64,000 nucleotides of DNA from Octopus vulgaris (GCA_951406725.2 OX597819.1:108004001-108068000); one strand, 5' to 3'. Positions 1 to 13,425 are shown, counted from the stretch's first letter. A program made the numbers and translations. Notes: generated by a model from the letters alone, not told the origin.

Positions 1-130
1 CGTATGCTCAGTCAGATGCTTCCTGGCGAGTTCGTGTCCAAACGAGTAGGAGCAGGTTTTGCATTGCGAAAACGCAACCAGGGACATATATGGGTTAACT
101 ACTACTGCATCAAATATTTTATAGTATTAA

Positions 131-340
131 GAGGCAAGCTGGCAGAATTAACAACACTGGGGAAAATGGCTATCAACATTCTTACTGATGTTTTTATGTT
201 CTGAGTTTAAATGCTGTTGAGGTCAGCTTTGCTTTTCATTCTTTTAGGGTTGATAAAATAAGTACCAGTTGATCACTGGGGTTAATGTAATTGACTTCCC
301 CCTCCCCTCAAAATATCTCTCTTTTGCCAGAATTTAGAAG
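131..340 (+). mobile_element. Decayed copy of the same SINE family (others at about 14695, 22240, 22860, 37250, 40630, 53870)
   Basis: GGCAAGCTGGCAGAA...TTCTGAGTT...GATAAAATAAGTACCAGTT. Confidence 0.7.
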
Positions 341-1668
341 AATTGCATAAAGTATAAAGAATTACAGCAAGTGCATGAAAATGTGTGTATATATATGTTA
401 ATTTATGTTAATTTGAACTAAGAATCAGAATAATAGTTGTAACACTGGAAATTTTCAGTGAACACAGTGCTGGTGACTTTTTTCTCTTTGACATTGCTAT
501 TTTATCTGTTATACCTTGTATTCTTCTTGACACAACTACAGTAGCACTTCGACTATCACGGGTGTTACATTCCAAAACCCACCGCAATAGGTGAAAATCC
601 ACAAAGTAGAAACAGTACTGTACTGTATATTTTTTTAGCATTAAAATTTGTATATTTTATTATAAATGTAAAACAACACCACGGAGGAATCGACATAAGC
701 TTAAATGATAAGCTGCAATATGGCAAGGGATTACTGTATATGCAACTGTCCATGTGTGAATAGATCAGTATCATACATCACATATTTCTTTAGAGTTTAT
801 CTCTAAATATTGCCATGCAAATACTCATACACATTTTCACAAGCATATGATACTTCAGTAAATTTGCATGGCAGCAAATTTACAGATAGTAGCATGTTGG
901 ATACAGTTCAAATTCTACTAAGATCATTTGCTTGCCGCACCTTCAGGTTGATAAATAGAGTACCAGTCCAGAGTAGTGGATTGGTGGAATTAGATTGTTG
1001 GACTAGATGTTTTGCAGTGTTTGTGCTTGTTCTGAGTTCAAATCCTTCTACTCTTACAAAAAAAAAACAAAAACAAAAACAAAAAAACAGAAAGAAAAAA
1101 ATATGACAACACTTCTGTTATAAGTTGCAGCCTAGAAAAACCATTTCCTTCGGTTGATTAAAGAATCAGCTGTCATACTTCTTTGAACCACATATATTTG
1201 GCCATGCATGTATGTATGATAGATTACTCAGTTATTTTGTAATATTGTACTGTAGGTTATGTTGCATTAAATTTTGTTAAACACTCCTATCTCTTCTTTC
1301 ATGACCAGTGCATCAATTATGCCTCAAAAATTCAGCAGAGCAATGTTACTGGTCCTGTACAGTGCTATGTATCAATGATATTGTTAGGATGGAGTTTGAC
1401 TAGGATCTGAATGTTTGGTATTGTAATGATGCACTTTTGTTGACCAATAAAATAAAGCCCATGATATAACGAAGTTGATGAAGAACTTGAACTCACAGGT
1501 CAAGTTAACAGTTCTAAACATATACAACAGGTACTTAATTATCCATTTTTCACAACATCAAGTCACAGTGGAACTATTCATCAAATTCATCATCACACCT
1601 TTCTCATTTCTGATCTTACTTTTGAGCCCACTTTCTTTGTAAGATATTAAACCTTAAACTATTACTTA

Positions 1669-2255
1669 AAAATTGTCAAGAAGGCCAAGGGTGTCTTAGC
1701 ATCACTCAGCAAGACTTTTGTTAGCCGCTCTCCAGCCATCTATTTAAAACTGTATACAGCTATGGTACGACCACACTTGGAATTCGCATCATCAGTTTGG
1801 AACCCCTATCTTGCTCAGAACATTGACCTCCTGGAATCTGTCCAGAGACGTGCAACCAAACGCATACCCTCCATCAGACACCTACCATATTCTGAGCGCC
1901 TTGTTTCCCTGGGCATGGATTCACTGAAGCTCCGGCGTTAGGCGACGGACTTGGTAAACACCCACAAAGTTATCAACCACCTCACCAACAACAACACTGA
2001 ACACCTTTTTGACATGCCTACAAAGTCAGAAAACAACACAGCTCCCATGACTTTCGGAAACATTTTTTCACGCTCAGAGTTGCTGAAGCATGGAATAAAC
2101 TGCCTGCGTCAGTTGTTGACTGCCATGACACTGCATCCTTTAAGGCCTTCATGCTTTCCAAAATCCGCCGAAACTACACCTGATTATATATACACTTTAG
2201 ATGAGTTGTAGTGCACCTGAGCACTGTACACAATGTTTTATTATTATTATTATTA
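1669..2255 (+). mobile_element. 3' fragment of the same CR1 LINE
   Basis: Nearly identical to the reverse complement of about 5017-5630, with a ~25 bp deletion near 2012; TTA tail. Confidence 0.92.
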
Positions 2256-2984
2256 AAAACATTGATGTAATTAAGCCCCATCAAGGCTTTTTATCATTCT
2301 TAAGAATTAGTTGTCAATCTATGAATTAGTATACATTCTGAAAAATATTGTCCCTCATTTAGATTCTTATCATCCCTGCAGATTTTTGATAACTAAATTT
2401 ATAAGAGTTTTCAAAGTTTGGTCAATATCAAATTTGTTTTGAAAATATATAAATAGGCTACATTACACAAATGATTCACAGGCCTGAGTTTGCATAACTT
2501 ATCTTCTTTATCCCTTTCCTGTTTCTTTTCTTCCATTCATGTTTACTCCACTTTGGTGCTAACATCCTGTTTTTTCAGCATGGACTTGCTCCAATGAGAA
2601 AATGGTTGAGACTCTACAACTGTGGAAGGGGGTTGTTTCATTCCAGAGAATGATAAATTGACTTGGTAAATTTGAGACAATTTACAGTTGAAACATTTTC
2701 GACTCTCTATGAGTGTTCAATTTTCAGGGAATTTAATTGAGGCAAGAAGACAAATTGAAAATGCCTCAGCTGCCATAAGGTCATGCACAGTGAAAGAAAA
2801 AAAAAACATACAATATTTTAAAATCAATAACAATATTTAATTTTCATGCATATGTTGATGCATAACAATAAATTTGTAAAACATTAAACTGCATCCAATT
2901 TATTTACAAGTTTTCACATGCTTTTTATTTTATAAAAATTCAAAATTTTATATTTCTCAGTGATTTTACATGTGTGCGTAAAAT

Positions 2985-3360
2985 CACAATGTACTTCCAG
3001 TTCTTTCTTGTACCATCCTTTTCCATCTTGTCCTAAATCGTCTTTCCATCATCATGGAGATCTTCCAAGCAGCCTTTTTCAATTTCTTGGATACCACTTA
3101 ACAATTTCACAGGTCTACCTGTCGTCTGTGAGCCTTGCAACATGTCTGGCCCAGCAGAACTTGTGTTTGTGGTATTCTGGAATCACATCATTCACTTCAC
3201 TTTGTTCAAGAATTATTTCATTTCAAATACGCTCATGTAATGATATTCCTAGCATAAATCTCTCCATAGCTGATTAATGTTCTCCCTTTTGTAGTCTTAT
3301 TTACTTATAGACTGAACAAATGAATACAAGCTGCCTCTACGCATCACTTTATTTGACTAA
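2985..3360 (-). mobile_element. Decayed RTE-clade LINE ORF C-terminus
   Basis: Minus-strand translation gives WARHVARLTDDR...KRLLGRSP..WKDDL, resembling the RTE C-terminus. Confidence 0.55.
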
Positions 3361-3699
3361 AAAAAGGCCTTTTATGTATACATGTGTGTGTGTGTGTAAG
3401 TATATAGTAATATAGAAGGGATCAAATACATTGAGGCAAATCAACTAAGAAGTATCTCTGGCTAAACAGAACACTCAGAAAAATCCTGGGTAATTCAACT
3501 GGTCAATTCAGTATTCCATATGGAGGTAAACTGTTGTACACTGGTCCCAGGTATCCTGCAAATCCATGACTGTATCCAGACATAATTGGTCTTGTTATGA
3601 GATGTAATGCTAAGTAAACAAAAACTGAAAGTTTACATCACTACACGCATTTCGATAGTGTGGTTTAATCTAAATATGGCATATTAAGGTAGGGAGAGT

Positions 3700-4190
3700 T
3701 TTATAAGTGTTGGACATCTGGAGGAACTTGGCCTGTATTGTCCTCAATGAAAAACAGAGAGGCAGTTTGGGTCTGGGGACAACACCAAAAATCTTCCTTC
3801 AGATCAAAATAGAAGCTGTGGGTAAAATCCCAGACCTTATCCACCTGCCCAGCAGAGTGGAGCTGCAAGTGGTGTTTGCGGTCAGAAGAACCAAGATGTC
3901 ATGTGTGTAGTGCTGAAAAGCACTTAAGAGCTTCCTGTGTTTTTTGTTTTTTTTAAGTAGAGAGGAGGTCCTTCTCACTACTGCCAACACCAACATACAG
4001 CAGCAAAGAGAACAAGAAGCAGGAGCACCAACATCAACAATAGTGATAGCAACAGCAGCACAAACAATAGCAAGGCAGTACCAACACAAAATACAGTAGC
4101 AGCAACAGCAACACAAACAACTGCAACTGTGATAACAATGGCTGTAGTACCAAGACTAGCAGCAAGACCAACAACAGAACCAAGCTAAAA
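3700..4190 (+). mobile_element. Decayed retroelement ORF1/gag-like remnant
   Basis: CX2CX4HX4C knuckle CHVCSAEKHLRASC at 3897-3938, followed by a CAA/GCA-rich low-complexity tract. Confidence 0.45.
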
Positions 4191-5016
4191 TGGGTTGCTA
4201 AATTGTCTGATTTTATGATGTGGAATGTTGTAAAAGTGAACATAATCAGGCAGACATCTAAGGAATGTTTTCAAAGACAGAAAATGGCACAAGTTCAAAC
4301 CATCTCATTTACCAAACACCTTCAAGTAAGTTGCTAGAACTACACATAGTGATACTAGCCAAGCAGAAGTCATTTTGAGATTACAAGAAGACAGTTTTGT
4401 AAGAGATATTACTAAGAAGTTATGTCCATTTGCAATCAAGAAAGAGCAAATATCCATAGTTGTTAAGTTGACACAGGGAATTTTGATGGTGATATCTCCC
4501 AATTTTACATAGACTTTGCTAGAAGAGTCACACAAAGGGTAACTAGTTAGAAGATGGAAGCTTTTTTGCCATAGTAAAGAGCAGGAAGATGAGGGTGTTA
4601 CCTTTGCTAGCAACAAAAACTATGTCTTCTTTCATTGATAGAAAACTCACTGGAATACTTCTCACATTTAAGGAACAATGCTATTGCTACAAACACCCTA
4701 GTCTGTATTCATCATGTTGCTATCTCTTACTTATAAATCCAGTGCTTTTACCCAGTCTCTTTTATAGTTACCAGTGTCTGCTCCTTTATACTGTGAAGCT
4801 ATAAACATCCTCTACAGAGACCCACCCCCTGCTCCTTTTACCCCACATACCAGTCCCATATGACACTAGTCCTTTCAACCCAGAACTGCAAATTTTCTGA
4901 AATTCCCTTTCTACCCATGTTTTCTTTTTTTTCAAGGTATCAACAAATAGATGTTCTCAATATGGATCAATTGAATCTAACAAATCTAAGAATGCCTGTA
5001 AAAGTCTTGAGCATTT

Positions 5017-7558
5017 ATAATAATAATAATAATAATAATAATTGTGTACAGTGCTCAGGTGCACTACAACTCATCTAAAGTGTATATATAATCAGGTGTA
5101 GTTTCGGCGGATTTCGGAAAGCATGAGGGCCTTAAAAGATGCAGTGTCATGGCAGTCAACAACTGACACAGGCAGTTTATTCCATGCTTCAGCAACTCTG
5201 AGCGTGAAAAAATGTTTCCGAAAGTCATGGGAGCTGTATTGTTTTCTGACTTTGTAGGCATGTCCACGTGTGTTAGACACATGGAGATCAAAAAGGTGTT
5301 CAGTGTTGTTGTTGGTGAGGTGGTTGATAACTTTGTGGGTGTTTACCAAGTCCGTCGCCAAACGCCAGAGCTTCAGTGAATCCATGCCCAGGGAAACAAG
5401 GCGCTCAGAATATGGTAGGTGTCTGATGGAGGGTATGCGTTTGGTTGCACGTCTCTGGACAGATTCCAGGAGGTCAATGTTCTGTGCAAGATAGGGGTTC
5501 CAAACTGATGATGCGAATTCCAAGTGTGGTCGTACCATAGCTGTATACAGTTTTAAATAGATGGCTGGAGAGCGGCTAACAAAAGACCTGCTGAGTGATG
5601 CCAAGACACCCTCGGCCTTCCTGACAATCTTAGAGATATGCTTTGACCAACGCAAATCACTGCTGACAGTGATGCCTAGGTCACGCTCGCAAGAGGATTT
5701 CTTGATATCAGTGTTGTGGAGGGAGTAAGTGAACGCAGGGTTTTTTCTCCCAAAATGCATGGTGGTACACTTGTCCACAGCCAGTTTCAGTTGCCAGTCT
5801 GTGATCCATTGCTGCATTGTGTCTAGGTCTGATTGCAGGAAAGAGTTGTAGACATCAGGATCTGTCCTCTTGATTTCAAGGTACAGCTTGATGTCGTCTG
5901 CATATTTCAATACTGTGGCATTCTTTAAATTGGCATCTATGTCGTTAATGTATACCACAAACAAGAGGGGACCAAGGACAGATCCCTGTGGTACACCCGA
6001 TGACATCTCATATGGTGTAGAGTGCTGTCCTAGAACTGTGACTACCTCCTTTCGGCTGAGGATGAAGGATTTCAACCAGTTAAAAAGGTCATCCCCCACA
6101 CCCATTGCAGAGAGTTTCACCATAAGCCTTTTGTGTGGCACAGAGTTGAAAGCCTTAGCAAAGTCAAGGTAGACAACATCCACCCATGAGCCACTGTCAG
6201 TAATCTGAGTAATGTCCTCAAGGAACTCGACAAGCTGGTCACTGCAGCTGGAGTTAGGGACAAATCCATATTGTGAGGGTCGGATGAGACTGTGAGAGCT
6301 CCAGAAGTTCCAGAGTGTTTCTCTGACACACGATTCCATCAGTTTTGCAATACAGCTAGTGAGACTGACTGGGCGATAGTTGACAGGTGATGTGCGGTCG
6401 CCCTTTTTGAACAGAGGAATGACACTGGCAGTTTTCCACTGCTCCGGAGTAGCACCATTGTTGAGACAGTACTGGAAGAAAATAGAAAGCTGGTGTAAAA
6501 GGAAGTGCCTGCCACGTTTGAGAAGCAGGTATGTAACTCCATCGAGACCAGGGGAGGCATAGTTGCGCTTATTTTGAAGGTGACGTCGCAGCATTGCAGG
6601 TGTAAATTCCATAGTTGTTATGGAGTTTGCTGTTAGTGATGGTGAAGATGGTACATTTTGACTTTCAACAGTGAATGTTTGCATAGCACTCGGCAATGAG
6701 TTCTGCGCATTCCTTGGGGTCGTCAGTGATCTGGTTTGTGTGAGGGTTGCGAAGAGGGCCCACTGGAGAGTGAGGTCTCTGCTTTGAGTGCACATATTTC
6801 CAGAAAACCTTGCTGTCAGGATTGGCTGCTATGCACTGTTCAAATTCAAGCACTGCTTTTTTTGTCACTTGCTTGAGATGGTTGGAGGATTTATTCCGCT
6901 TCTTCCTGTTGGTGTCTGATTTATGCAACCTGTATTCCCGTTCAGCAGTCCGACGTTCCCTCCTGGCAAGTCGGACCGCTGAAGTTTCCCAAATTGCCCT
7001 TTTGGGGCGGTTCTTCTTTTTTTGTTTACGTGGCACTGATGCTGCACATGCTGCCCATATTGAGTCCAGGATACTCTGGAGTATAGTATTCACATCTCCA
7101 GAGTTGTAGAATTCACGCCAGTTTGGGTGCTGTAGTTCAGTGTGGTACAGGTTCCAATCTGCTCTCTTCCAATCGAAGGAAGCAGATTGGAGATGGTTCA
7201 GGTTTTTGTTGCCCGCAAGAGCCAGATTGGCGATGATCATAGCATGATCAGAGTCACCTAGAGGTTCCTCCGTAGTGCAATTGATAACCGCTTCAGGAGT
7301 TGTGGTGAAGAGCAGGTCCAAGGTGTTGTCGCCTCTTGTTGGAGAGGTGACTACTTGTGACCAGTTTGAGTCCAGCACAAGCTCAACAAAATCGTTTGCA
7401 CTCTGTGGCCAATGGAAGGTCTCCCAATCGATCTCAGGATGATTGAAATCGCCTGCAATAAACACATAAGTGGCTGTTTTCCTGGCAGCAGCTCGGAGGA
7501 CATTGCAAAGCTGTGTGTCCCGATGGTAACTTGGGGGACGATAAACAACGCCAAGCAT
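5017..7558 (-). mobile_element. CR1-clade LINE, 5'-truncated, with (TTA)n tail
   Basis: APE motifs YRPP, GDFNHP, LDL, SDH; RT motifs DFAKAF, GVPQGSVLGP, YADD; RPHLEFASSVW; (TAA)n at 5017-5042 on +. Confidence 0.93.
5092..7558 (-). pseudogene. LINE ORF2 (endonuclease + reverse transcriptase) split by one frameshift near 6680
   Basis: ORFs 6665..7558 (APE) and 5092..6795 (RT) overlap in different frames; no in-frame stops otherwise. Confidence 0.85.
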
Positions 7559-8067
7559 TGACTATTGACTATTTTCTTTAAAAAAATTGTGAAAAGCAGA
7601 TTTATGTACAAGAAATGTGATACAGTAAGGGTTTTAAAAACATCAGCAGCTGATGTATACAAGTGAAATACAGTTGTATCTCACTGGCATAGATGTGAGG
7701 TGACCAGATGGTGAGCCATCATTATAATTTAATATTCACTTTTCCGTGCTTGCATGAGTCAGATAGAATTTGTTGTAGCAGGTATACAACAGGTTTCTAT
7801 CCATTTTTATGAATCAAATTCACTCAAAAGGCTTTACTTGGTTGAGGGTTAGAGAAGGCACTTGTTCAAGGTGCTATGCAATGGGACAGAATTTGGGACA
7901 ACATGGTTGGGAAGCAAGCTTCTCAACAACACACCTATGCATGCACTTCTTATGTAAGCGCTGGATGAAAATATGCTACTGTTGTCAGTGGAGTGAATGC
8001 CTCATCGCAAAACATAGCGAGTCAGTTTTCAGAAATAAGAATCCTTATTAAAAAGAATTGTTTAAAT

Positions 8068-8432
8068 AGGCACAGGCACAGCTATGTTGTAAGACACTTG
8101 CTACCCAACCACGTGGTTCCGGGTTTAGTCCCACTGCATAGCACCTGGGGCAAGTATCTCCTACTGTAGCCTCGGGCTGACCAAAGCCTTGTGTGTGAAT
8201 TTGATAGATAGAAACTGAAAGAAGCCCATTGTATATAAAATGTGTCTTTGTGTTTGCCCCACCAGCACCATTTGACAACCAGTGTTGGTTTGATTGGCAA
8301 AAAGATATTGACAGAATAAGTACCAGGCTTTAAAAAAAAATTTGTAGGTCAATTGATTTGACTAAAGTTCTTCAAGGTGGTGTCCCAGCAAAGCCACAGT
8401 CTAATAACTGAAGCAGATACAAAATAAAAAGA
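8068..8432. mobile_element. Second SINE-like family (also at about 38866-39215, 45130-45515, 45670-46120, 53100-53550, 59480-59670, 63690-64000)
   Basis: Recurrent TAAGA..CTTGCT.CCCAACCAC.TGGTTC.GGGTT head and ACCAAAGCCTTGTG body. Confidence 0.65.
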
Positions 8433-8989
8433 TAAATTATTCAAAATATTAGTGAAACAGACAGTAAAAAGAAACTTAAGTTCAGATTAAAGAGACAGTG
8501 GAAATTACATTTATTTTTCTGTACATAATTTACATATTCAAAGAATGTATAAAAAATTACATTAAAACTGTATATACGTGTATAAAGAAACCAATTGGTA
8601 GTCATTCGAGCATCAAATAGATTGCTTTACAATAATCCTTCTAGCATTTGGTTTTGAGTTCAAATTCTGTCAATATCAACTTTCATCCTCTTGAGGTTGA
8701 TAAATAAAATGCCAGTCCTATACTGGGGTTGCTTCCCTTCCTTTCACTCTTTCTGCATAACAGTAGTAGTAGTTAATGTTTTGTCATTTTAAATTGTTTT
8801 GTTATCCATACAAAACTCACAGAAAATTATTTGTCTAAATTTTTTTTTACATCCAATAAACATATGTCTTAATACTCTCTCATATATGCTTTACCAGAAA
8901 TGTCACAGTTATGATTTTACTCTTGTGAATAAGCTTGAGTAAGAAAACTGGTAAATTATGTAAAAAATGCTTTCCTTCAAAACACAGTG

Positions 8990-10273
8990 CTAAGGTTTGT
9001 TTCCATTATCAATAGCACATTTATGAGTATATTTATAATCACTACGAGCAAACGATTTCCCGCAAGTAGCACAGTTGTATGGCTTTTCCCCAGTGTGAGT
9101 GCGTTTATGTCGTATTAAAGTACCAATTTGAGAAAATCTTTTGCCACAGATTTCACAGTGGTGCGGTTTTTCCCCAGTATGAATACGTGTATGTCCTATT
9201 AGGCTACCCTTTTCTGAAAATTCTTTCCCACAAACTTCACAGTGATATGGTTTCTCACCAGTATGAGTACGTCTGTGCACTGTTAGAAAAGTCTTTTGAG
9301 AAAAGGCTTTCCCACAAATATCACAGTGATGTGGTTTTTCCCCAGTGTGAATTCGTTTATGTTTTCTTAATATGGTATTATTTGAAAAATATTTTCCACA
9401 TATTTCACAGTGATATGGTTTTTCCCCAGTGTGAATCCGGTTGTGTCTCACTAAAGAACCATTTTGAGCAAATGCTTTGCCACAGATTTCACAATTGTGT
9501 GGCTTTTCTCCGGTGTGAACACGTTTGTGTCCTCTTAAGCTGCTCTTATCAGCAAATTTTCTTCCACAAACTTCACAGTGATATGGTTTCTCTCCCGTAT
9601 GGGTACGTTTGTGTATTGTTACAACATATTTTTCAGGAAATGCTTTTCCACAGATGTCACAGTGGTGCTGTTTTTCCCCAGTGTGAACACGCTTATGCTT
9701 TCTTAATACAGGTTTGTCTGAAAATTCCTTCCCACATGTTTCACACTGATACGGTTTCTCCCCAGTATGAGAACGTTTGTGTACTATTAAGGAAGATTTC
9801 ACAGCAAATGTTTTCTCACATATTTCACAGTGGTATGGCTTTGAGTGCACACTTTTGTGCCTTTGAAAGTCACTCACATTAGAAAAAGCTTTCCCGCAAT
9901 CGTCACACTTGAATGGTTTTTCGCCAGTATGAATACGTTTATGTCTTGTTAAGTTACCAAATTGAGTAAAAGGTCTCCCACATATCTCACAGTGGTATTG
10001 CCTTTCTCTAGTGTGAGTAAGTGTGTGTGCTGTCAGATTGCCTTTTGTAGAAAAAGTTCTACCACATATTTCACAGCGGTGTGGTTTCTCTCCCGTATGA
10101 GTATGTAAGTGAGCTTTTAGATGACCTGTTTTAGAGAATGTTTTCCCACATATTTTACACTTGTATGGCTTTTCCCCTGTGTGAGTGCACTTATGAATAG
10201 ATAATTTACATTTTGTAGTAAGTGTTTTCCCACAAATATTACATTTGTAACGCTTTCCAGCTTTCTGAAACAT
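8990..10273 (-). CDS. Tandem C2H2 zinc-finger protein (ZNF-A), 427 aa, 14 C2H2 fingers plus a terminal C2HC-type finger
   Basis: Uninterrupted ATG-initiated ORF of CX2CX12HX3H repeats with TGEKP linkers; no N-terminal effector domain. Confidence 0.93.
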   Translation of the reverse strand: MFQKAGKRYKCNICGKTLTTKCKLSIHKCTHTGEKPYKCKICGKTFSKTGHLKAHLHTHTGEKPHRCEICGRTFSTKGNLTAHTLTHTRERQYHCEICGRPFTQFGNLTRHKRIHTGEKPFKCDDCGKAFSNVSDFQRHKSVHSKPYHCEICEKTFAVKSSLIVHKRSHTGEKPYQCETCGKEFSDKPVLRKHKRVHTGEKQHHCDICGKAFPEKYVVTIHKRTHTGEKPYHCEVCGRKFADKSSLRGHKRVHTGEKPHNCEICGKAFAQNGSLVRHNRIHTGEKPYHCEICGKYFSNNTILRKHKRIHTGEKPHHCDICGKAFSQKTFLTVHRRTHTGEKPYHCEVCGKEFSEKGSLIGHTRIHTGEKPHHCEICGKRFSQIGTLIRHKRTHTGEKPYNCATCGKSFARSDYKYTHKCAIDNGNKP

Positions 10274-10348
10274 TCTTTGAACATAGAAACTTCAAACTTA
10301 AAATTCTGATCTTATTTTTCCCTTCTGTTAAGACATTTGCAAGTAAAT

Positions 10349-10642
10349 ATCATCATCATCATCATCATCGTTTAACGTCCACTTTCCATGCTGGCATGGG
10401 TTGGATGGTTTGACTGAGGACTGGCGAGCCAGATGGCTGCACCAGGCTCTTATCTGATCTGGTAGAGTTTCTACAGCTGGATGCCCTTCCTAACGCCAAC
10501 CACTCTGAGAGTGTAGTGGGTGTTTTTACGTGCCACTGGCACGAGGGCTAGTCAGGCGGTACTGGCGATGGCCATGCTCAAATGGTGTTTTTTATGTGCC
10601 ACCTGCACAGGAGCCAGTCCAGTGACACTGGCAACGACCTCA
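10349..10642 (-). mobile_element. RTE-type 3' end repeat with (TGA)n tail inside the predicted ZNF-A 5' UTR
   Basis: (CAT)n-CGTTTAACGTCC...GGATGCCCTTCCTAACGCCAACC; same family at about 19525-19880 and 52617-52940. Confidence 0.75.
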
Positions 10643-10991
10643 AAGACAACAATTTTCCAGCAATTTAATTTTTAGTAATTAAAAGAAATCAGAAGCACTG
10701 TTCTAAGCAAAAAAAGTACGACGCACATCTGAGAAGCAATTATATTGGGTACTCAAATCTTCAAGAACCATATATATATCAGCTCTGTTAACTGTAGAAC
10801 CTCTTCTATAGAAAATCCTCATAGATGTAGAAATATATCCTGAAATAAAATAAAATAAATATTAGATACATTTATCAATAAATTGTAGAATGTATGAATA
10901 ATTAATCGTATCATGTATAAATAACTAATCACATCAGTATCACATAGTTTCATAAACGTAGACAATAGATCAGTATTTCAAAGGAGATTAG

Positions 10992-11211
10992 CCCTTTAGT
11001 ATCCACATTATTCCGTCAAATGCAATGTATGTTTGCTTATATTGTTTTGAATTAATCATGCATTATCTTGTAGTTTAGAGATTTTGAGAATGTGATTGTT
11101 TAGTTTTAGAATGATGCTGTAGGGTCGAGGTGAGAGGCTGGATCTGGCCAGTTTCAACATGAAACAAGTTGTATATGTTGGCCAGGTATGGCCAGTTTGA
11201 ATGCTTAAGGG
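10992..11211. mobile_element. TTAA-targeting MITE (piggyBac-like ends)
   Basis: TTAG|CCCTTTAGTATCC ... GAATGCTTAAGGG|TTAA. Confidence 0.6.
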
Positions 11212-11882
11212 TTAAGACTTCACATGAAAATAGCACATTCATAATGAAATATTAAAACATATGAATGCTTGCCAATTTTGCAATAAAGTGTTATACACTG
11301 GCCAATTTATTAACAGATTTAAACCAGGTATACTTAGTTAAACAGAAGAGTTGATTTAATACAAGTAATAGAACTGTTAATAAAATTATTAGAACTATGG
11401 AACTCTTACTCCTAAAACAGCAGTGATACACAGTTGGTCATCCTACAACACATCAGAAAAAGATGATCAGAATGATTAGCATGAAGTCACTAATGTACTT
11501 TATTCTTTAGTGCCTTTTTTCTGAAACTTCATTGGCCTGTTTTCCAAGAGCAAAAACTGCATCACAGCCATCTCTGTGGAGACCATAGGCATAACTTTTC
11601 CTTTAGACCAAACCACGAAAAGCAAAAACCTTTCAATACTACTGTTGTTTTGAGAAATGAAGAACATTAATATGATTCAGTATAGTGTTCCTTCTTCAAA
11701 TCTTGATAAGAAACCAAAAGGAGAAAACCAATACAGGTTCAAATTATTGTTGTAGATAATGCTAGATACTTGAAAAACTGATTAACAACTTTTCTGGATG
11801 TTTATTGGTGAAATAAAATTATAATGGAAGTTCTGGTGGAAATATCATACCTGTATGATAATTTAACTCAGTACTGTATGTG

Positions 11883-13425
11883 GTTAATATATAGTTTAAC
11901 TCCTGGTCACCAAAGCAAAAAAAAAATCTAACAGGTGTAAATAAATGTGTAGAAAACGAATATGAAAACAAAAATTTGCGCAAATGGGTGTGTGGGGAAA
12001 GGACTTTTGGAAAATTCACAAGATGGGATTTTCCCCTCATAACTTTCAGGAAAATGGATATATATTAGTGAAATTTTATAGAAATACCTTTCAAATAGCA
12101 TAGACTACGATTTTAAAGAAATTTGTGGGGAAAATGCTTTCCCAATGGGTGGGGAGAGGATTTCGGAAAATTCACACAATCTGATTTTTGCTCTCAATGA
12201 AATTTTACAGAAACACCTTTCAAACAGCATAGATTACGATCGATTATAAAGAAATTTGAGGGGAAAATGATCCATTTTTTTCCCTCGTAACTTTCAGGAT
12301 CTAGTTTAGCACCCAGTCACCAAAACAAAAAAGGTCTAATAGGTGTAAAAAATGTGTAGGAAACAAATATGAAAACAACAATTTGTGCAAACATACATAT
12401 ACATACCTTCATCTTGGCTGGTAATTATTTGATGGCAACAATTCAAGAGAGGAAGGTATAACTTGGCTGCCTCTATGAAGAACTTGTGCAACAGACTTCC
12501 TTCATGTTGAGAAGTTATAAATAAATATCTTGCAAGATATTGTTGAAGATATTTTGATATTGAATTCCTGGCTTTTAGATTGATTCTTTTATGTCTCTCT
12601 ACGGTCTTTCAATATTTTGTGTGTGTATGTTTCTATGTGTGCTATCTTCAAAATTCTCGAGCACTAGTTTTCAAAGGTGACAATATCGAAAATGAAATGA
12701 GGGATAGGTTTCAAGTAAACCTTTCCATAGCCTTTCAAACGGCATAGATTATGATGAAATTTGTGGAATCTTGGTGGAATATAAACAACAATAAAAAAAG
12801 AAGGTGTGTGTATAAGAAAAAATATTTTCTATAAGAAAAGTATGCTAAACAGATCATGTGAATTTTCCGAGTCCTTTCCCCATCCTTTCAGAAAACATTT
12901 TCCACTCAAATTTCTTTATAATCGTAATCTAGGTGTTTCTGTAAAATTTCACTAAAAGGTATCCATTTTCCTGAAAGTTATGAGGAGAAAAAATTGGATC
13001 AGGTGAATTTTCTGATAGTCCTCTAAACACCCACCCTCCATTCGTTTGCGCAAATTTTTGTTTTCATTTTCGTTTTGTTTTGGTGACCGGGTGCTTAACT
13101 AGATCCTGAAAGCTATGAGGGGAAAAAACGGATCGTGTGAATTTTCCGACAGTCTTCTCCTCACCCCTTCAGAAAACATTTTCCCCTAAAATTTCTTCAT
13201 AATCGTAAGCTATGCGGTTTGAAAGGTGTTTCTGTAAAATTTCATTAAAAGGATATCCATTTTCCTGAAAGTTATGAGGGGAAAATCGGATCTTGTGAAT
13301 TTTCCGAAAGCTCTCTCACCACCGTAAATTTTTGTTTTCCTATTCGTTTTCTACACATTTATTTACACCTATTTACACATTTTTTTTTTTTTTTTTGGTA
13401 ACCGGGAGTTAAATTATATATTAAC
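11883..13425. repeat. Long imperfect inverted repeat (arms about 500 bp) built from a modular dispersed repeat
   Basis: GTTAATATATAGTTTAACTCCTGGTCACCAAA... mirrored by ...TTTGGTAACCGGGAGTTAAATTATATATTAAC; related modules at about 26200-26490, 38430-38650 and 58380-59020. Confidence 0.75.

Noticed and set aside
1-98. Possible piggyBac-like right end (GGG|TTAA)
   Set aside because: The partner end would lie outside the window, so it cannot be supported.
9079-9882. 267 aa plus-strand ORF and similar antisense ORFs over the ZNF genes
   Set aside because: Shadow frames of the periodic finger codons; no independent coding signal.
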